From Vulcanimicrobiota bacterium (GTDB lineage: Bacteria; Vulcanimicrobiota; Vulcanimicrobiia; Vulcanimicrobiales; Vulcanimicrobiaceae): a DNA stretch of 64,000 bases. The stretch is from the NCBI GenBank assembly GCA_963786515.1, contig CAWAZM010000017.1, positions 17,832 through 81,831 of the forward strand, written 5' to 3'. Positions 9,691 to 19,105 of this stretch are shown here, in pieces. Under the pieces are notes generated by a model. That model was not told the origin of the DNA. It did not search any database and saw only the letters and a list, made by a program, of their open reading frames with translations. Positions within the stretch are counted from its first letter, which is position 1, and every line of letters starts with the position of its first letter. Position numbers and translations under genes: made by a program.

Positions 9691-10220
9691 GGGTCGCATT
9701 TAGGGTGCTGCTGCCTTGGGTGGCACTCTCAATCGCTATCGTTCTTGCGATTTCCGTAGGTATCGTACCCGAACTTCGCTCGGAACGAATGTTGCTAGAC
9801 GAGGCCCACCAAGCGTATCTACGCGCGAACGGAGATGAGCGCGAACTGCGCGATGGCGCGCATGACGACGCTGCGCGGCGTCGCATCGCCGCGACGATCG
9901 AGGGTATGCATCCACCCGATGCTCGTAATGTCGGCACGACCGAAGTATTACGGGCGGTCGACGGTCTCGACAATCGATTTCACGTGTCGCTGCAACGACT
10001 CGATACGGCCGATGATGCTGGAGTCGAGACCGGAGCGCGTTCGCTGACGATCGAGTGGTCGGGAGCTTACCGTTCTATCGTTCGTGCGGTGGCGGCACTA
10101 TCGCAGGGGCCGGCGCTGATACGGGTTGTTGACGTGCGACTCGACCACAATCCTAAAATGTCGGCTTCCATCGACGCGGTGGTACACGTCAACCTGTATG
10201 CCACTATCGACACATTGTAG
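9687..10220 (+). CDS. PilO-like bitopic protein
   Basis: ATGA coupling, one TM helix plus coiled coil. Called by position only. Confidence 0.4.
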   Translation: MRVAFRVLLPWVALSIAIVLAISVGIVPELRSERMLLDEAHQAYLRANGDERELRDGAHDDAARRRIAATIEGMHPPDARNVGTTEVLRAVDGLDNRFHVSLQRLDTADDAGVETGARSLTIEWSGAYRSIVRAVAALSQGPALIRVVDVRLDHNPKMSASIDAVVHVNLYATIDTL

Positions 10221-10674
10221 TATCCAGACGATCGTCGCTCTCGTTCTCGCATTCGGACCGCTGCCCACAAGCGCAGACGACGCGTTTACCTCGACCCTCG
10301 AGACCAAATCGCCCGCCTCACTGTTGCCCTTGCAGTATCCAGCGTTATCGTTACGCCGCGACCCGTTTCTCGCTCCGCAACCGCCGACCTCAGGTGCTGT
10401 GCCTCCGGAACTCATTTCAGCGATGGAACCGGGGTTCATACTTCCGCCGAACCTCGGTGCATCGGCCGATGGCGGTTCGCCGTCCGGCCCGATCGGAGTT
10501 TCCGTTCGTGCGATTGTGGTTGGCGGTATTCCAAAAGCCCTATTGCAGGTTGGCGCGCGAACGGTCTTCGCCGGCGTTGGTTCGCGGATCGGCAGCTCGA
10601 TTGTTGTCGAAATCGACGCCCATAGCGTCCGGCTTTCCGATGGTACGCGGTTGCTGTTGGCGCAAAGCCGCTGA
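10198..10674 (+). CDS. PilP-like secreted protein
   Basis: Signal-like N-terminus, RDPF motif typical of PilP, C-terminal beta domain, stop overlapping the secretin start. Confidence 0.45.
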   Translation: MPLSTHCSIQTIVALVLAFGPLPTSADDAFTSTLETKSPASLLPLQYPALSLRRDPFLAPQPPTSGAVPPELISAMEPGFILPPNLGASADGGSPSGPIGVSVRAIVVGGIPKALLQVGARTVFAGVGSRIGSSIVVEIDAHSVRLSDGTRLLLAQSR

Positions 10675-12035
10675 TGCGCAATTGTAAGATACTTTGGGTT
10701 CTGGCGCTGGCGGCGCTTTGTTCGACAGGCGCATCCGCCGCGCGGCTGATTACGATCGATGTGCGCGACGTGGACATTTCCGATGCCATTGCGCTTCTCG
10801 CTGCGCAGTCGGGCGTCAACGTCGTAACGGACGGCTCGGTAAAATCCGAGCGTGTCACCGTGCACCTCACCAACGTCACGTTCGCTCAGGCCTTGCAGGC
10901 GATAGCCGAGGCCCACGGTTTACGCGTTCGTAAGCAGGGCGACATGCTCGTTGTCGGCACCGTGCAAGCGATGAATCGATCTGGTGATGGAGTCGTGATT
11001 GCACTCGCCCGCGCACAACCGGAGGATGTGGCGCGCGAGCTGGAGCCGGCGTTGCCTGATGGGACCGTGATCGTTCCGGATAAGCGTACGGGGTCTCTGG
11101 TTATTTCGGGTGATCCGGGCACCATTGCGAGAGCGCGCCGCCTAATAGCACTCCTGGATGTCGCTCCCGGGTCAGGGGCACACGCAACGTTCACCAGCGC
11201 CTACCGGCTGCGATACCTTCGTGCCGACGACGTCGTCGCGAAGCTGAAAACTGTTGCGCCCGATGGCGTGTATGTCGCTGACGAAGAGCAGAACGCTGTT
11301 CTCGCCACCGGCGGAGAGCGAGCCCAAAGCGCGGTTTCGGCTATTGTGATGCAACTCGATCGCCCGAGCCCGCAGGTGCTCTTCGAAGTTCGCGTCGCCG
11401 ATGTGACGCCGGTAAACGACTCGAGTAACTTCGGAATCGAGTTCGGCGGGGTTGACGCTCAAGGCAATTCTCTGCCCGGCGCAGTTGCTTACTCATTCGC
11501 GGGCGGTACGATTGCGGTGAACGTGCAACTAAATGCACTCGTCAGCAAGGGTCGGGCATCGATCTTGGCCACGCCGAAACTTGTCACGATCAACAATAAG
11601 GAGGCCGACCTGAGTATCGGCGAGACCTATCCGATCGTCTATAGCACGTCCGTCTTCGGCGGACAGAACGTTCAATACGTCGATATCGGTGTCCACCTCA
11701 GGCTCACGCCGACGATTGGAGCCGATGGAAGCGTGATAGCTGAGTTGCATCCGGAATACAGCGAGTTAGTGGGCTTTACTCCCACCGGCTATCCGATCGT
11801 CGCGAATCGTAAGATTGATTCAACCCTCCACGTCCGAGATAATGAAACCATCGTGTTGGGTGGTTTAATGCGTGAGACGAGCACAGAGACCATCTCAAAG
11901 ACTCCCGGACTCGGAGACATACCAATACTTGGAAAGCTGTTTCAAAACAAACAATCGACCCACGAACGGGACGAGATCGTTTTTTTAATCACCCCTCATG
12001 TCGTCTATCCCGGTAGTCCGCTCCCAGTCCATTAA
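10674..12035 (+). CDS. pilQ: Secretin (PilQ/GspD family)
   Basis: Signal peptide and N-domains (ISDAIALLAAQSGVNVV). Secretin core LATPKLVTINNKEADLSIGETYPIV ... PGLGDIPILGKLFQ ... EIVFLITPHVV. Confidence 0.9.
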   Translation: MRNCKILWVLALAALCSTGASAARLITIDVRDVDISDAIALLAAQSGVNVVTDGSVKSERVTVHLTNVTFAQALQAIAEAHGLRVRKQGDMLVVGTVQAMNRSGDGVVIALARAQPEDVARELEPALPDGTVIVPDKRTGSLVISGDPGTIARARRLIALLDVAPGSGAHATFTSAYRLRYLRADDVVAKLKTVAPDGVYVADEEQNAVLATGGERAQSAVSAIVMQLDRPSPQVLFEVRVADVTPVNDSSNFGIEFGGVDAQGNSLPGAVAYSFAGGTIAVNVQLNALVSKGRASILATPKLVTINNKEADLSIGETYPIVYSTSVFGGQNVQYVDIGVHLRLTPTIGADGSVIAELHPEYSELVGFTPTGYPIVANRKIDSTLHVRDNETIVLGGLMRETSTETISKTPGLGDIPILGKLFQNKQSTHERDEIVFLITPHVVYPGSPLPVH

Positions 12036-12123
12036 CTGCGGAGAGCTTCCTTGAACTGGCGGGCGACGGAGTGTCGGCCGCGAAGCCGCTCTTGGTCACG
12101 TCCAAGACCCCGGGAGCAACGCC

Positions 12124-13149
12124 ATGAACACGTCCGCCATTTTGAAATATGCCGCGATCGCAGTCGGCCTGGCCATATGCTCGGCCTGTAGCGGCGGCTC
12201 GGCGGGCGCGCCGGCCGCGGCCTCGGTCAACGTTACATACGTTGGTCACATGGCGTACGTGAACGGGAGGCCGGTGGCGGCGGAGCGTCCGAATCTCAAA
12301 GCGCCACACCAGTACTCCTCGCTCGTTCCTGAGCTGGCCGCAAAGTCGAGCTCGAAGTATTACGAGTACATCAATAACTACTACGGCAGCTATTCCAGCA
12401 TCTTTAACTATCCGAAGAGCGTGAAGCAGATCGGCTCGATCGCCGATGTCGGCGGGCAGTCGTGCACTAACGTGCTCTCGGGGTACGGGAAGAAGACGTT
12501 CTGGATCGTCGCCGGTGAGAAACAGATCACCGAGTACAGCGTTCCGAAGAAGCCGCTCAAGACGCTCGCCATTTCCGGAATGATGCCCTCGAGTTGCGCG
12601 ATGAACTCCGACGGAGACCTGGCACTCGGAGTGTTAACGGGTTTTCCCAACGGCGCCGGCGACGTGGTGATCTTCAAGGGCGCGACCGGTACGCCGACCT
12701 ACTTAGCGACCGGAATGCTCAATACGTACTTCGATGGCTACGACCCCAAAGGCAACCTATTTGCCGATGGCTTCCAGAGTAAGATCGGCTTCGCGCTCGT
12801 CGAACTCCCGAAGGGCGCGAGCGCGTTTCAGTTGATCGCGACAAGTAATACTGTAACCTTCGCCGGATCCGTGCAGTGGGACGGCAAGTATTTAGCTGTC
12901 GTCGATCAGGACGCCAATAAAATCTATCGCTACAGCGTCAAGGGGACGCAGGCAACGTTGAAGGGCACCGTTGTGCTATCGGGCGCTAGCGACTGCGCGC
13001 AAACGTGGATCGCCGGCTCCGTAGTATATTGCGCCGATGCCGGTAACGACGACGGAGAGGTCTTCAAATATCCTGCGGGTGGTTCGCCGATCGCAACGTT
13101 TACGGGGAATTTCGACGAACCGCTCGGCACGGTCGCGGTGCAGAAATAG
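12124..13149 (+). CDS. Lipoprotein, beta-propeller-like; member 1 of a 3-copy paralog family
   Basis: Lipobox LAICSAC. Shares blocks with 13977-15045 and 47009-47974 (WDGKYLAV-DQ, FKYPAGGSP). Confidence 0.7.
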   Translation: MNTSAILKYAAIAVGLAICSACSGGSAGAPAAASVNVTYVGHMAYVNGRPVAAERPNLKAPHQYSSLVPELAAKSSSKYYEYINNYYGSYSSIFNYPKSVKQIGSIADVGGQSCTNVLSGYGKKTFWIVAGEKQITEYSVPKKPLKTLAISGMMPSSCAMNSDGDLALGVLTGFPNGAGDVVIFKGATGTPTYLATGMLNTYFDGYDPKGNLFADGFQSKIGFALVELPKGASAFQLIATSNTVTFAGSVQWDGKYLAVVDQDANKIYRYSVKGTQATLKGTVVLSGASDCAQTWIAGSVVYCADAGNDDGEVFKYPAGGSPIATFTGNFDEPLGTVAVQK

Positions 13150-13275
13150 CAAAAGCCGTCCCGTCGGGATGAGAAGCGTTCACGGCTCTGTCGAGCGGTC
13201 TTTAGATCGGTCACCGGTCGAGTCCGACTCCCAGGGTGACTCGGAGCGCTGTACCGTTTTCGATCGACGAGGGCG

Positions 13276-13854
13276 ATGCCCGACACGCACCCTAGACGAC
13301 CGTCGCAAAGGAGGGCTCCGATTCCAACTACCGACCTAACGGCGCCACTGCCGCGGCGTCTCATACTCGGTTTGATATTGTTTCCGTTGATGGTACTTGG
13401 GGCCGCATTCTTTATTTGGATTTGTTGGGGTCGTCCGGAGCTGGCGTGGGTAACCTGGTTCGTAAGCGCTGCTGCGATCGCGTCATGCGTGCCGTTCGCT
13501 TTTATCGCATGGCAGATACCGGCATACCGAAATCCCGTCATGCAATTCGGCCCCGATGCGCTGGTATTTTACGGGATCACAATCCCGTGGGCGGCCGTGA
13601 AAGACGTTTACGTGGGGAACGTTAACGTTACGATGCAGTCGAGGGGCGTCGAAGGCGTCTCTATGCCACAGGACAGAGTATGGATCGGAGTATACCGAGA
13701 CGCGTTGCGGCCGCCCGATTTTTCTAGGAGTTTTATGTATCGGTACGCGCGCGCGGTATTGCGCCCGCAAGCCGGAAAACTATTACTTCCGCTCGTCAAA
13801 GAGCGCACTGTGAGCGAGGTTGCCCTCGAAATAGAAGACAGAATAACAACTTGA
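13276..13854 (+). CDS. Hypothetical membrane protein
   Basis: 192-aa ORF with two clear TM helices followed by a soluble domain. Confidence 0.5.
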   Translation: MPDTHPRRPSQRRAPIPTTDLTAPLPRRLILGLILFPLMVLGAAFFIWICWGRPELAWVTWFVSAAAIASCVPFAFIAWQIPAYRNPVMQFGPDALVFYGITIPWAAVKDVYVGNVNVTMQSRGVEGVSMPQDRVWIGVYRDALRPPDFSRSFMYRYARAVLRPQAGKLLLPLVKERTVSEVALEIEDRITT

Positions 13855-13976
13855 CTCAAGTGCGGACCCCACCGTGCCGGGACTTTCCAGAATTCGGCTT
13901 GGATGCTAGGATGGAGCGAACCGCGACGCCCAGTGCATAACCGAGCGTCCATGCGTTGCTTTGGGGAGCAGAACAA

Positions 13977-15045
13977 GTGAGTGTTTCAGCGTTTGGCCGC
14001 TACGCGCTAGGATACTGCATCGCGTTTGTAATGCTCGCCGGCTGCAGCTGGCGCGCTCCAGTCGCAACTGGCACCGCAGGGGCAGTTGCAGCAGCAGAAC
14101 GTCGCTCAACCGCCGGCTAATACGACGAGCGCTCTGCGAGGCAACCCGAGGATGGTGAATGATAACCATTTCGGGTCATGGATGGATCCCGACGCGAAGT
14201 CAAAGGACCTGCTCTACGTTAGCAACCCCGGCGGGAACGAGATTCTCGTGTACTCGTATCCGCAAGAGAAGTTAGTAGGAACGCTGACCGGCTTCTACTA
14301 CAACTTCTTCGCCGACGGCGTGTGCACCGATAAAAAGGGCAACGTCTGGATCGTCGGAAACGCGGCGCAGGAAATCGTCGAGTACGCGCACGGCGGCACG
14401 ACTCCCATTGCGACCCTGAGCGACCCCGGGTATTACCCGACAATATGCTCCGTCGATCCGGTTACGGGGAACCTCGCCGTTGCGAACAAAGAAACGAACA
14501 ACTCTAATCCGCAACAAGGCAACGTTGCGATTTACGCGCAGGCGAAGGGCACGCCAACCCTCTACACCGATTCGCAACTTTTCCAAGTGTGGTTCGTCGG
14601 TTATGACGATAAAGGCAACCTGTATGTCGATGGCACGAAGGGCTACTCCGTCACCTTTGGATTCGCCGAATTACCCAAGGGCAAGAAGCAGCTGACGAAC
14701 ATCGCCCTAAAGGGCGGAACGATCTACTTCCCAGGCAAGATTTGGTGGGACGGCAAGTATGTCGCGGTCGGCGACCAGTCGTATCAGAATAAATATCCGT
14801 ATACATCGGGTGTGTACGAAACCACGGGTTCGGGCGGTAAAATCGTCGGTTCCACACCGTTTACCGGTTCCTTGGACGTCGCCGGGTTCGCGATCGAGGG
14901 TAGCACCGTCATCGCACCAGACATTAGCCTTGAAAATATTAGTACGTACAAATACCCTGCCGGCGGTAAGCCCGTCAAACTACTCCCGGGCTGCACGGGC
15001 CGAACGTGTCAGCCATACGACGCCGCAATCAGTCGAGCGAATTAG
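13977..15045 (+). pseudogene. Lipoprotein paralog 2, frame break just after the lipobox
   Basis: GTG at 13977 with a GGGGAG SD gives VSVSAFGRYALGYCIAFVMLAGCS. The mature part (ORF 14086-15045: LYVSNPGGNEILVYSYP..., KYPAGGKP) is in the +1 frame. The break is at about 14043-14055. Confidence 0.65.
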
Positions 15046-15076
15046 ACGCGCGCCCGATCTGCCGTCGTAAGGACCG

Positions 15077-15811
15077 TCATAGTTGTGCAAGTCCGCCGTC
15101 AACAGCGACCTCGCTGGCGGTCATGAAGCTGCTGTCCTGCGACGCGAGAAAGGCGGCGACCGCCGCGATCTCCGCCGGGTCGGCCATCCGCTGAAGCGGA
15201 GTCATCGAGGCATAGGCGATCTGACCTTCCTCACCGAGCGCTTCCTTCGCCAGTTCGGTCGCCGTTGCGCCCGGTGAGAGCACGTTTACGCGGATGCCGG
15301 TACCCTTCAGGTCCTCTGCCCAGCTTCGCGCGAGGTTGCGCACTGCCGCCTTGCTCGCGCTGTAGGCGCTCATTCCCGGGGCGCCTGTGGTACCGGCGCT
15401 CGATCCGGTAAGGATGATCGAACCGCCTTTGCCCATCAGCGGCAGCGCCTTTTGGACCGTGAAGATCGTGCCTTTAATATTTGTGTCGAACGTTTCGTCC
15501 AAGTGTTTGGCGGTGATATTGCCCAGCGCGAGTTGGCTGCCCGTACCGGCATTAGCGAAAACGACATCGAGCGTTCCGCGCTCGGCCTTCACCGCCGCGT
15601 AGAGTCGGTCGAGGTCACCCAGGTCGGAGACCGAGCCCTTTACCGCGCGGGCGTTGGGCCCGAGTTCGGCTACAGCGGCATCGAGCGCTTCCTGCCGGCG
15701 GCCGAAGATGAAGACGAAGGCGCCCTCCTCGATGAACCGCTGCGCTGCGGCTCGGCCGATTCCGGTTGCGCCGCCGGTGATCACGGCGGTCTTTCCATTC
15801 AGTCTGTTCAT
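15077..15811 (-). CDS. SDR family oxidoreductase
   Basis: MNRLNGKTAVITGGATGIGRA Rossmann motif and a YSASKAA catalytic motif. Confidence 0.85.
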   Translation of the reverse strand: MNRLNGKTAVITGGATGIGRAAAQRFIEEGAFVFIFGRRQEALDAAVAELGPNARAVKGSVSDLGDLDRLYAAVKAERGTLDVVFANAGTGSQLALGNITAKHLDETFDTNIKGTIFTVQKALPLMGKGGSIILTGSSAGTTGAPGMSAYSASKAAVRNLARSWAEDLKGTGIRVNVLSPGATATELAKEALGEEGQIAYASMTPLQRMADPAEIAAVAAFLASQDSSFMTASEVAVDGGLAQL

Positions 15812-15866
15812 GTATCCATTCTTTCTCGCGTTCTCAGATTGTGTGGTGGCGTTTAGCGTTGCGCGG

Positions 15867-16256
15867 TCAGCGCTCCAAGCCGCCATTTTCAACCGAGAGC
15901 TCCCAACGATAGCCATCCGGATCGTGAAACCACAGGCCCCTATGCGGCGAGCCCGGTGCTGTGGGACCGATCTCGTCGCCCGGATCTTCTAGATCTACGC
16001 CATTTTTCTTCAACGTTTCGAGTGCTTCTCGCAGAGCGCGCATACCGTCGAGACGAAACGACAGGTGGTCGATCGCTTCCGGCTGTGGCGAGCCTTTGAA
16101 GAACCCGATAATAAGTGCGTCGTTCGTCAGCGCGAGGGCCTCACTGGAGCGGAACATTTCCTTTAGATCGAAGTTCTTGGTCCAAAACTGCGCGGTCTTC
16201 TCTGGATCGCTGACGGCGAGGCTGAAATGCCAGACCGTACCAAGTTGTATTTTCAT
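15867..16256 (-). CDS. VOC (glyoxalase/bleomycin resistance/dioxygenase) family protein
   Basis: 129 aa. HFSLAVSD ... DHLSFRL ... FHDPDGYRWEL pattern. Confidence 0.7.
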   Translation of the reverse strand: MKIQLGTVWHFSLAVSDPEKTAQFWTKNFDLKEMFRSSEALALTNDALIIGFFKGSPQPEAIDHLSFRLDGMRALREALETLKKNGVDLEDPGDEIGPTAPGSPHRGLWFHDPDGYRWELSVENGGLER

Positions 16257-16277
16257 ATTCCCGGATGCTAGCAGATA

Positions 16278-16335
16278 TGGACCGTTCGGTCAATAACTCT
16301 GGACCGAACGGTCAAGTTCTGCTAAGATATCGAGC
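16278..16335. promoter_or_regulatory. Divergent control region: two copies of a GACCG-NN-CGGTC palindrome plus a candidate -10 placed for a leaderless tetR mRNA
   Basis: TGGACCGTTCGGTCA (16278-16292) and TGGACCGAACGGTCA (16300-16314), 22 bp centre to centre. TAAGAT at 16324-16329 lies 6 nt before the ATG at 16336. Confidence 0.5.
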
Positions 16336-16923
16336 ATGGGACGGCCTGCGAAGTTCGATCAGACCCAAATGTTGGAGACAATACAGACTGTATTCTGGGA
16401 TAACGGATACTCAGCAACGTCGCTTGACGACATCATGACCTCGACCGGTTTAGGTAAGGGAAGCCTGTATGCCGCGTATGGCAACAAGGAAGATATGTAT
16501 GTACTGGCGTTCGCGGATTATTGTGACTGGGCAATCCAAGATATTCAGGAACGCTTGAGGGGCAATGATGCTGGTGCGATCGTTCGTTTACGAAAATACA
16601 TCCGGGCGGGCGCTAAAGGCGCGGCCAGTTCTCGTCGGGGCTGCATGCTGGCAAAGGCGACCGCGGAAGTGGCTGGTCGCTTTCCCGAAGTCGATACAAT
16701 TATTCAACGCACCTTCGCGGCATTGGAACGCGAACTTGCACGATGCGTTCGCCAAGCCCAGCGGGCCGGCGAGGTCGCCCAAGATCGTGACGCTCGAACG
16801 ATTGCAGTGACGCTGCTGGCGGCACTCCGTGGCTTGGAATCCCTAGGCAAAGCCGGAATTTCCTCAGCCTCTCTTGCACTCGTTGCGCAGGGCGCACTGG
16901 ACTTACTGAAACCGGCTAGTTAG
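16336..16923 (+). CDS. TetR/AcrR family transcriptional regulator
   Basis: N-terminal HTH YSATSLDDIMTSTGLGKGSLYAAY, 195 aa. Confidence 0.85.
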   Translation: MGRPAKFDQTQMLETIQTVFWDNGYSATSLDDIMTSTGLGKGSLYAAYGNKEDMYVLAFADYCDWAIQDIQERLRGNDAGAIVRLRKYIRAGAKGAASSRRGCMLAKATAEVAGRFPEVDTIIQRTFAALERELARCVRQAQRAGEVAQDRDARTIAVTLLAALRGLESLGKAGISSASLALVAQGALDLLKPAS

Positions 16924-16986
16924 GCGTTTAGGCTAGTTTCCTACCGGCGCATTGCGTGCTTTTCGCTCGCTAGCGCGTGCGGCTGC

Positions 16987-17514
16987 TCATTTCATAGCGG
17001 TGGGTGGCGCGAGCGGTGCAACGTAGGTTATTCCGTACTCGCTTCCGAGACGCACAATCTCTGCGAGATCTTTCGGTGGCGTTAATCCGCGATCCGAGAT
17101 GGTGCGGAACATGCGTTCAATACCGGCAGGCACGACGGTCATAACCATCTCACCGGGCGTGCTGCCGACGTTGAGAAACTGGTGCGCTTCATTCCGCGGC
17201 AAATACACAACCGTGCCGGGCGTCGCGTCCATGACGTGCGTTCCGTGCCAGAACCGAAAGTGGCCGCTCGTGATAACGTAGGTTTCGTCTTCACGCGTAT
17301 GAATGTGCGCCGGAGGGCCTCCGCCTGGGGGAACCACCGTGTCCACCGTCACGCTGGCCCCGTGCGTCTCTGCCGCCGTGACTGCGATCGTCATCGTGAT
17401 ACCGAGCATTTGGAACGACACCGGCGCTGTGCCGGCGCCCGCGCCGAGCGCAAAACAGAGGCCTATGATAGCCCCGGTTTGCAATGCCGCCGACATGATT
17501 CGCGAGTTTTGCAT
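16987..17514 (-). CDS. Secreted cupin-domain protein
   Basis: Signal peptide, then the cupin motifs PPAHIHTREDETYVI ... VVYLPRNEAHQF. Confidence 0.7.
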   Translation of the reverse strand: MQNSRIMSAALQTGAIIGLCFALGAGAGTAPVSFQMLGITMTIAVTAAETHGASVTVDTVVPPGGGPPAHIHTREDETYVITSGHFRFWHGTHVMDATPGTVVYLPRNEAHQFLNVGSTPGEMVMTVVPAGIERMFRTISDRGLTPPKDLAEIVRLGSEYGITYVAPLAPPTAMK

Positions 17515-17575
17515 GGATGAGTCCTCCTGGCTCCGTGCATCGTAGCATGCACCTCACCGAGAAGGCTAGTGCCTG

Positions 17576-17966
17576 CTAGCTCCCGGAGAATGCCGCGGAT
17601 GAGCCTTCGACGGCGCCCATGCCGTCCTCGATATCCATGCGTTCGATGAGGCCGTTTTCAATGGTGTAGACATGCGTCACATCGGTGTCTGATAACACCT
17701 CGCCGTTTACAGCCCTGACCAACTGATGAACCGCAACGTTCGACCTTGCCATCTTCACGGTCGATCACTGCACGCGGATCGACACGCGGATTGAACTCGG
17801 CCCACTGGCGTGCCCAGTACTCCCTAATCGCTTGTTTTCCGATGACTCGACCGCCCTCGGAGGCCTTAGGCCAACTCACGTTCTCACTCATGAGCGCGAG
17901 GGTCGCGTCCACGTCTCGACTATTAAACGCGGCGTAGATACGAAATATCAACTCCTGTGAAGTCAC
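17576..17966 (-). pseudogene. SnoaL/NTF2-like protein, one frame break near 17735-17750
   Basis: N-terminal half is the C-terminal end of ORF 17658-18191 (ELIFRIYAAFNSRDVDATLALMSENVSW...VIDREDGKV). The C-terminal half is in ORF 17576-17758 (AVHQLVRAVNGEVLSDTDVTHVYTIENGLIERMDI). GTG start overlaps the upstream stop. Confidence 0.6.
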
Positions 17967-18544
17967 TACGTCGTTACGGACGCCGCAGCTGCGGTTTGCG
18001 GCGTGAACAGCTCGACGATCGCTTTGTTGAACGCTGGAATGTCCTGGGGATTTCGCGCCGTCACCAATTGTCCGTCGCGGACCGGAGCTTCGTTGACCCA
18101 GGTTCCGCCCGCGTTTCGGATATCGGTTTTCAACGAAGGCCACGATGTCACGCGCTTCCCGCGCAAGAAATCCGTCTCGACCAACACCCATGGACCGTGA
18201 CAGATCGCCGCGATCGGCTTATTCGCCACTTCGAAGGCGTGCACGAACAACATCGACTTGTTATCGGTGCGTAGTTTGTCCGGACTGCCGACACCGCCGG
18301 GCACCAACAGCGCGTCGAACTGCGCCGGATCGGCGTCGGACACATTGACCTCCACCGGAAACGTTTCGGCCGGGACTTCGTGTTGCGAACTCAGCACCTC
18401 ACCCTTGCTGGGCGAGACAAGCTGCGTCACGGCGCCGGCTTTGTGCAGCGCCTCGCGCGGTTGCGTCATTTCGACTTGTTCGAATCCGTCGGCCACGAGG
18501 ATGGCGACGCGTAGGTTCTGGAGCGGCAACGCTTGTGCGGTCAT
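17966..18544 (-). CDS. DJ-1/PfpI family protein
   Basis: VAILVADGFEQVE ... PIAAICHGPWVL nucleophile elbow. Confidence 0.85.
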   Translation of the reverse strand: MTAQALPLQNLRVAILVADGFEQVEMTQPREALHKAGAVTQLVSPSKGEVLSSQHEVPAETFPVEVNVSDADPAQFDALLVPGGVGSPDKLRTDNKSMLFVHAFEVANKPIAAICHGPWVLVETDFLRGKRVTSWPSLKTDIRNAGGTWVNEAPVRDGQLVTARNPQDIPAFNKAIVELFTPQTAAAASVTT

Positions 18545-18617
18545 AGGCGCTTCCTACCCCGCCGCCCCACGCCAGAAACGTCGGAGGATTTGCCTCACCG
18601 GGTTCCAAGACCGAGGG

Positions 18618-19097
18618 ATGAACGAGAAGATTGCGCCCTGTTTGTGGTTCAACAACAACGCGGAGGCCGCGGCCCAATTCTATGCCCGGACGTTTCCCGA
18701 CAGCAGCGTCGATTCAGTCAATCGCGCACCGTCAGACTACCCGAGTGGTAAGGAGGGTGATGTCCTCACGGTTGAGTTCACGGTCTTGGGCATGCCGTTT
18801 CTCGGTCTTAACGGCGGACCGCACTTTCAATTTAGCGAGGCAGTGTCGTTTCAAGTCTACACCGAGGATCAGGCTGAAACGGACCGCTATTGGAATGCGA
18901 TCGTCGCCGATGGTGGATCCGAGAGCGATTGCGGTTGGTGCAAAGATCGATTCGGGCTCTCTTGGCAGATCGTGCCGCGCGCGTTGCTGAAGGCGCTAAA
19001 AAGCGACGATCGTGCAGCTGCGAAACGCGCGATGAACGCGATGATGGAGATGCAGAAGATCGACATTGCGGCAGTCGAAGCAGCGGCGAAAGGCTGA
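18618..19097 (+). CDS. VOC-fold PhnB-like protein (3-demethylubiquinone-9 3-methyltransferase-domain family)
   Basis: MNEKIAPCLWFNNNAEAAAQFY ... CGWCKDRFGLSWQIVP. The upstream part of ORF 18258-19097 is antisense shadow of the DJ-1 gene. Confidence 0.75.
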   Translation: MNEKIAPCLWFNNNAEAAAQFYARTFPDSSVDSVNRAPSDYPSGKEGDVLTVEFTVLGMPFLGLNGGPHFQFSEAVSFQVYTEDQAETDRYWNAIVADGGSESDCGWCKDRFGLSWQIVPRALLKALKSDDRAAAKRAMNAMMEMQKIDIAAVEAAAKG

Positions 19098-19105
19098 TTG
19101 AGAAA

